Positions 63,101 to 64,000 of a DNA stretch of 64,000 nt are shown here, one piece after another. Below the pieces are notes generated by a model, which did not search any database, was not told the origin of the DNA, and was given only the letters and a program-made list of their open reading frames with translations. A program made the position numbers and the translations under genes. The DNA is taken from contig CM069174.1 in assembly GCA_035221665.1 (NCBI GenBank), positions 9,672,001-9,736,000 on the forward strand, read 5' to 3'. Each line of letters opens with the position of its first letter. The first letter of the stretch is position 1. The DNA comes from Okamejei kenojei. Lineage: Eukaryota.

Positions 63101-63397
63101 GGGTACATGTATTAGTTCCAAACCACAAAGGTCCATAGTTTTGCCAGAGGTACAGTAATACCAGGGAGACTGATGTGCAGAATGGAAATTTCAATCTGGT
63201 GTAATGTGGCTGCTCCTAGTCTTGGGTTAAACATCATAGATAAAGTGAAGTAGGCAAAACTTTTGCTGGATCTGACCCATGGTATATAGTCTAAAATGTA
63301 TTTTAATTAAGACAAAACTTCACATTAAAAAAAAACTAAGCTTTGACTCACCTGATTCAAGGTACCATCGTTTTACATTGGTTTTTCAATGGAACTG
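60167..63397 (-). other. Candidate exons of an unidentified minus-strand gene (63352-63397; starting 62690; 60291-60349; 60167-60188)
   Basis: Polypyrimidine-AG acceptors; gtgagt, gtgagt and gtaagt donors; coding status unresolved. Confidence 0.4.
61672..61812 (+). mobile_element. Penelope-type short element
   Basis: aaggaactacagatg...aagaatggtctcgactcgaaacatc...ctgagttcctccagc; 13-bp duplication ttttctaattaga (61659-61671, 61813-61825). Confidence 0.72.
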
Positions 63398-64000
63398 CTG
63401 TAAAAAAAAAGAAATGAAGAAAAAAAACAAATATGTTTCTTTTTAATAATTAGTGGCAGATTTTCATCTTGCATGTAGATCAGGTGGAGCAACTCATCAT
63501 GATTATTGCAAGAGGCCGGAACCATTTTCATGCTCATGCCATTGGTAAAATGCCACTGATAAATAAGCTTTGATCAATTAACTTGCCATTTGCGGTGGGT
63601 AAAGGGTAAACATTTGACTGTTTCTTTGTAGAGCAAAATTAGAATTAAGCATTTGAAGAGTAGGAGACCATTGAATTGCTATCAATGGTATGGAAGATTT
63701 TAAGAGACGGTTCAAGGTTTCAATTCAGAGCTGCATCAAGCAGTCCCAGTGAGGATTACTGGTTAGGCTGCTCTATGTTCAGTGCCAAATCAGCAGAACA
63801 ATCATTCAGAACATGTATTTGAAAATTTCACTGGAATTCTACCACCAGTTTAAATCATACACCAAGACCGTCATCAAATGTAGGAGTGTTGGCTGATCTT
63901 TTAGGAGGATACTGAAAACACTAAGCTGAGCACATCTCAGATGGCATGTAATTTTAAAAAAAAATGCTCATGTCATTTTGTCTGCTTACCACCTGTTTTC

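Noticed and set aside
63352-63397. In-frame TGA read as selenocysteine (QFH-U-KTNVKRWY)
   Set aside because: No selenoprotein-like context and no SECIS identified; a frameshift or non-coding exon is simpler

Overview
Vertebrate genomic DNA, most likely from a cartilaginous fish (skate/ray/shark). This is inferred from the repeat profile: dense CR1 LINEs, HE1/V-type tRNA SINEs and Penelope-type foldbacks. Positions 3337-36207 (+) carry 30 coding exons of extended synaptotagmin-1 (ESYT1; SMP domain plus five C2 domains). All have GT-AG introns and join into one open frame of 3030 nt; exon 1 lies upstream of the window. The right half (37-64 kb) has no recognisable protein gene. It holds two CpG-rich promoter-like islands (about 39.0-39.2 kb and 55.7-56.5 kb), several clean minus-strand exon candidates of unidentified transcripts, young CR1 copies, and a nest of DNA transposons. 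The most notable items: (i) a decayed full-length hAT transposon and a related MITE, both with 6-bp rather than 8-bp target-site duplications; (ii) two inverted copies of a hAT-like MITE bracketing a CpG island, one retaining a Tudor/Spindlin-like coding remnant; (iii) short Penelope-type elements with minimal hammerhead ribozyme cores and 12-13 bp TSDs; (iv) unannotated spliced antisense transcripts and a candidate 61-aa microprotein. No rRNA, tRNA gene or CRISPR array was found. All calls were made by eye, without database searches.
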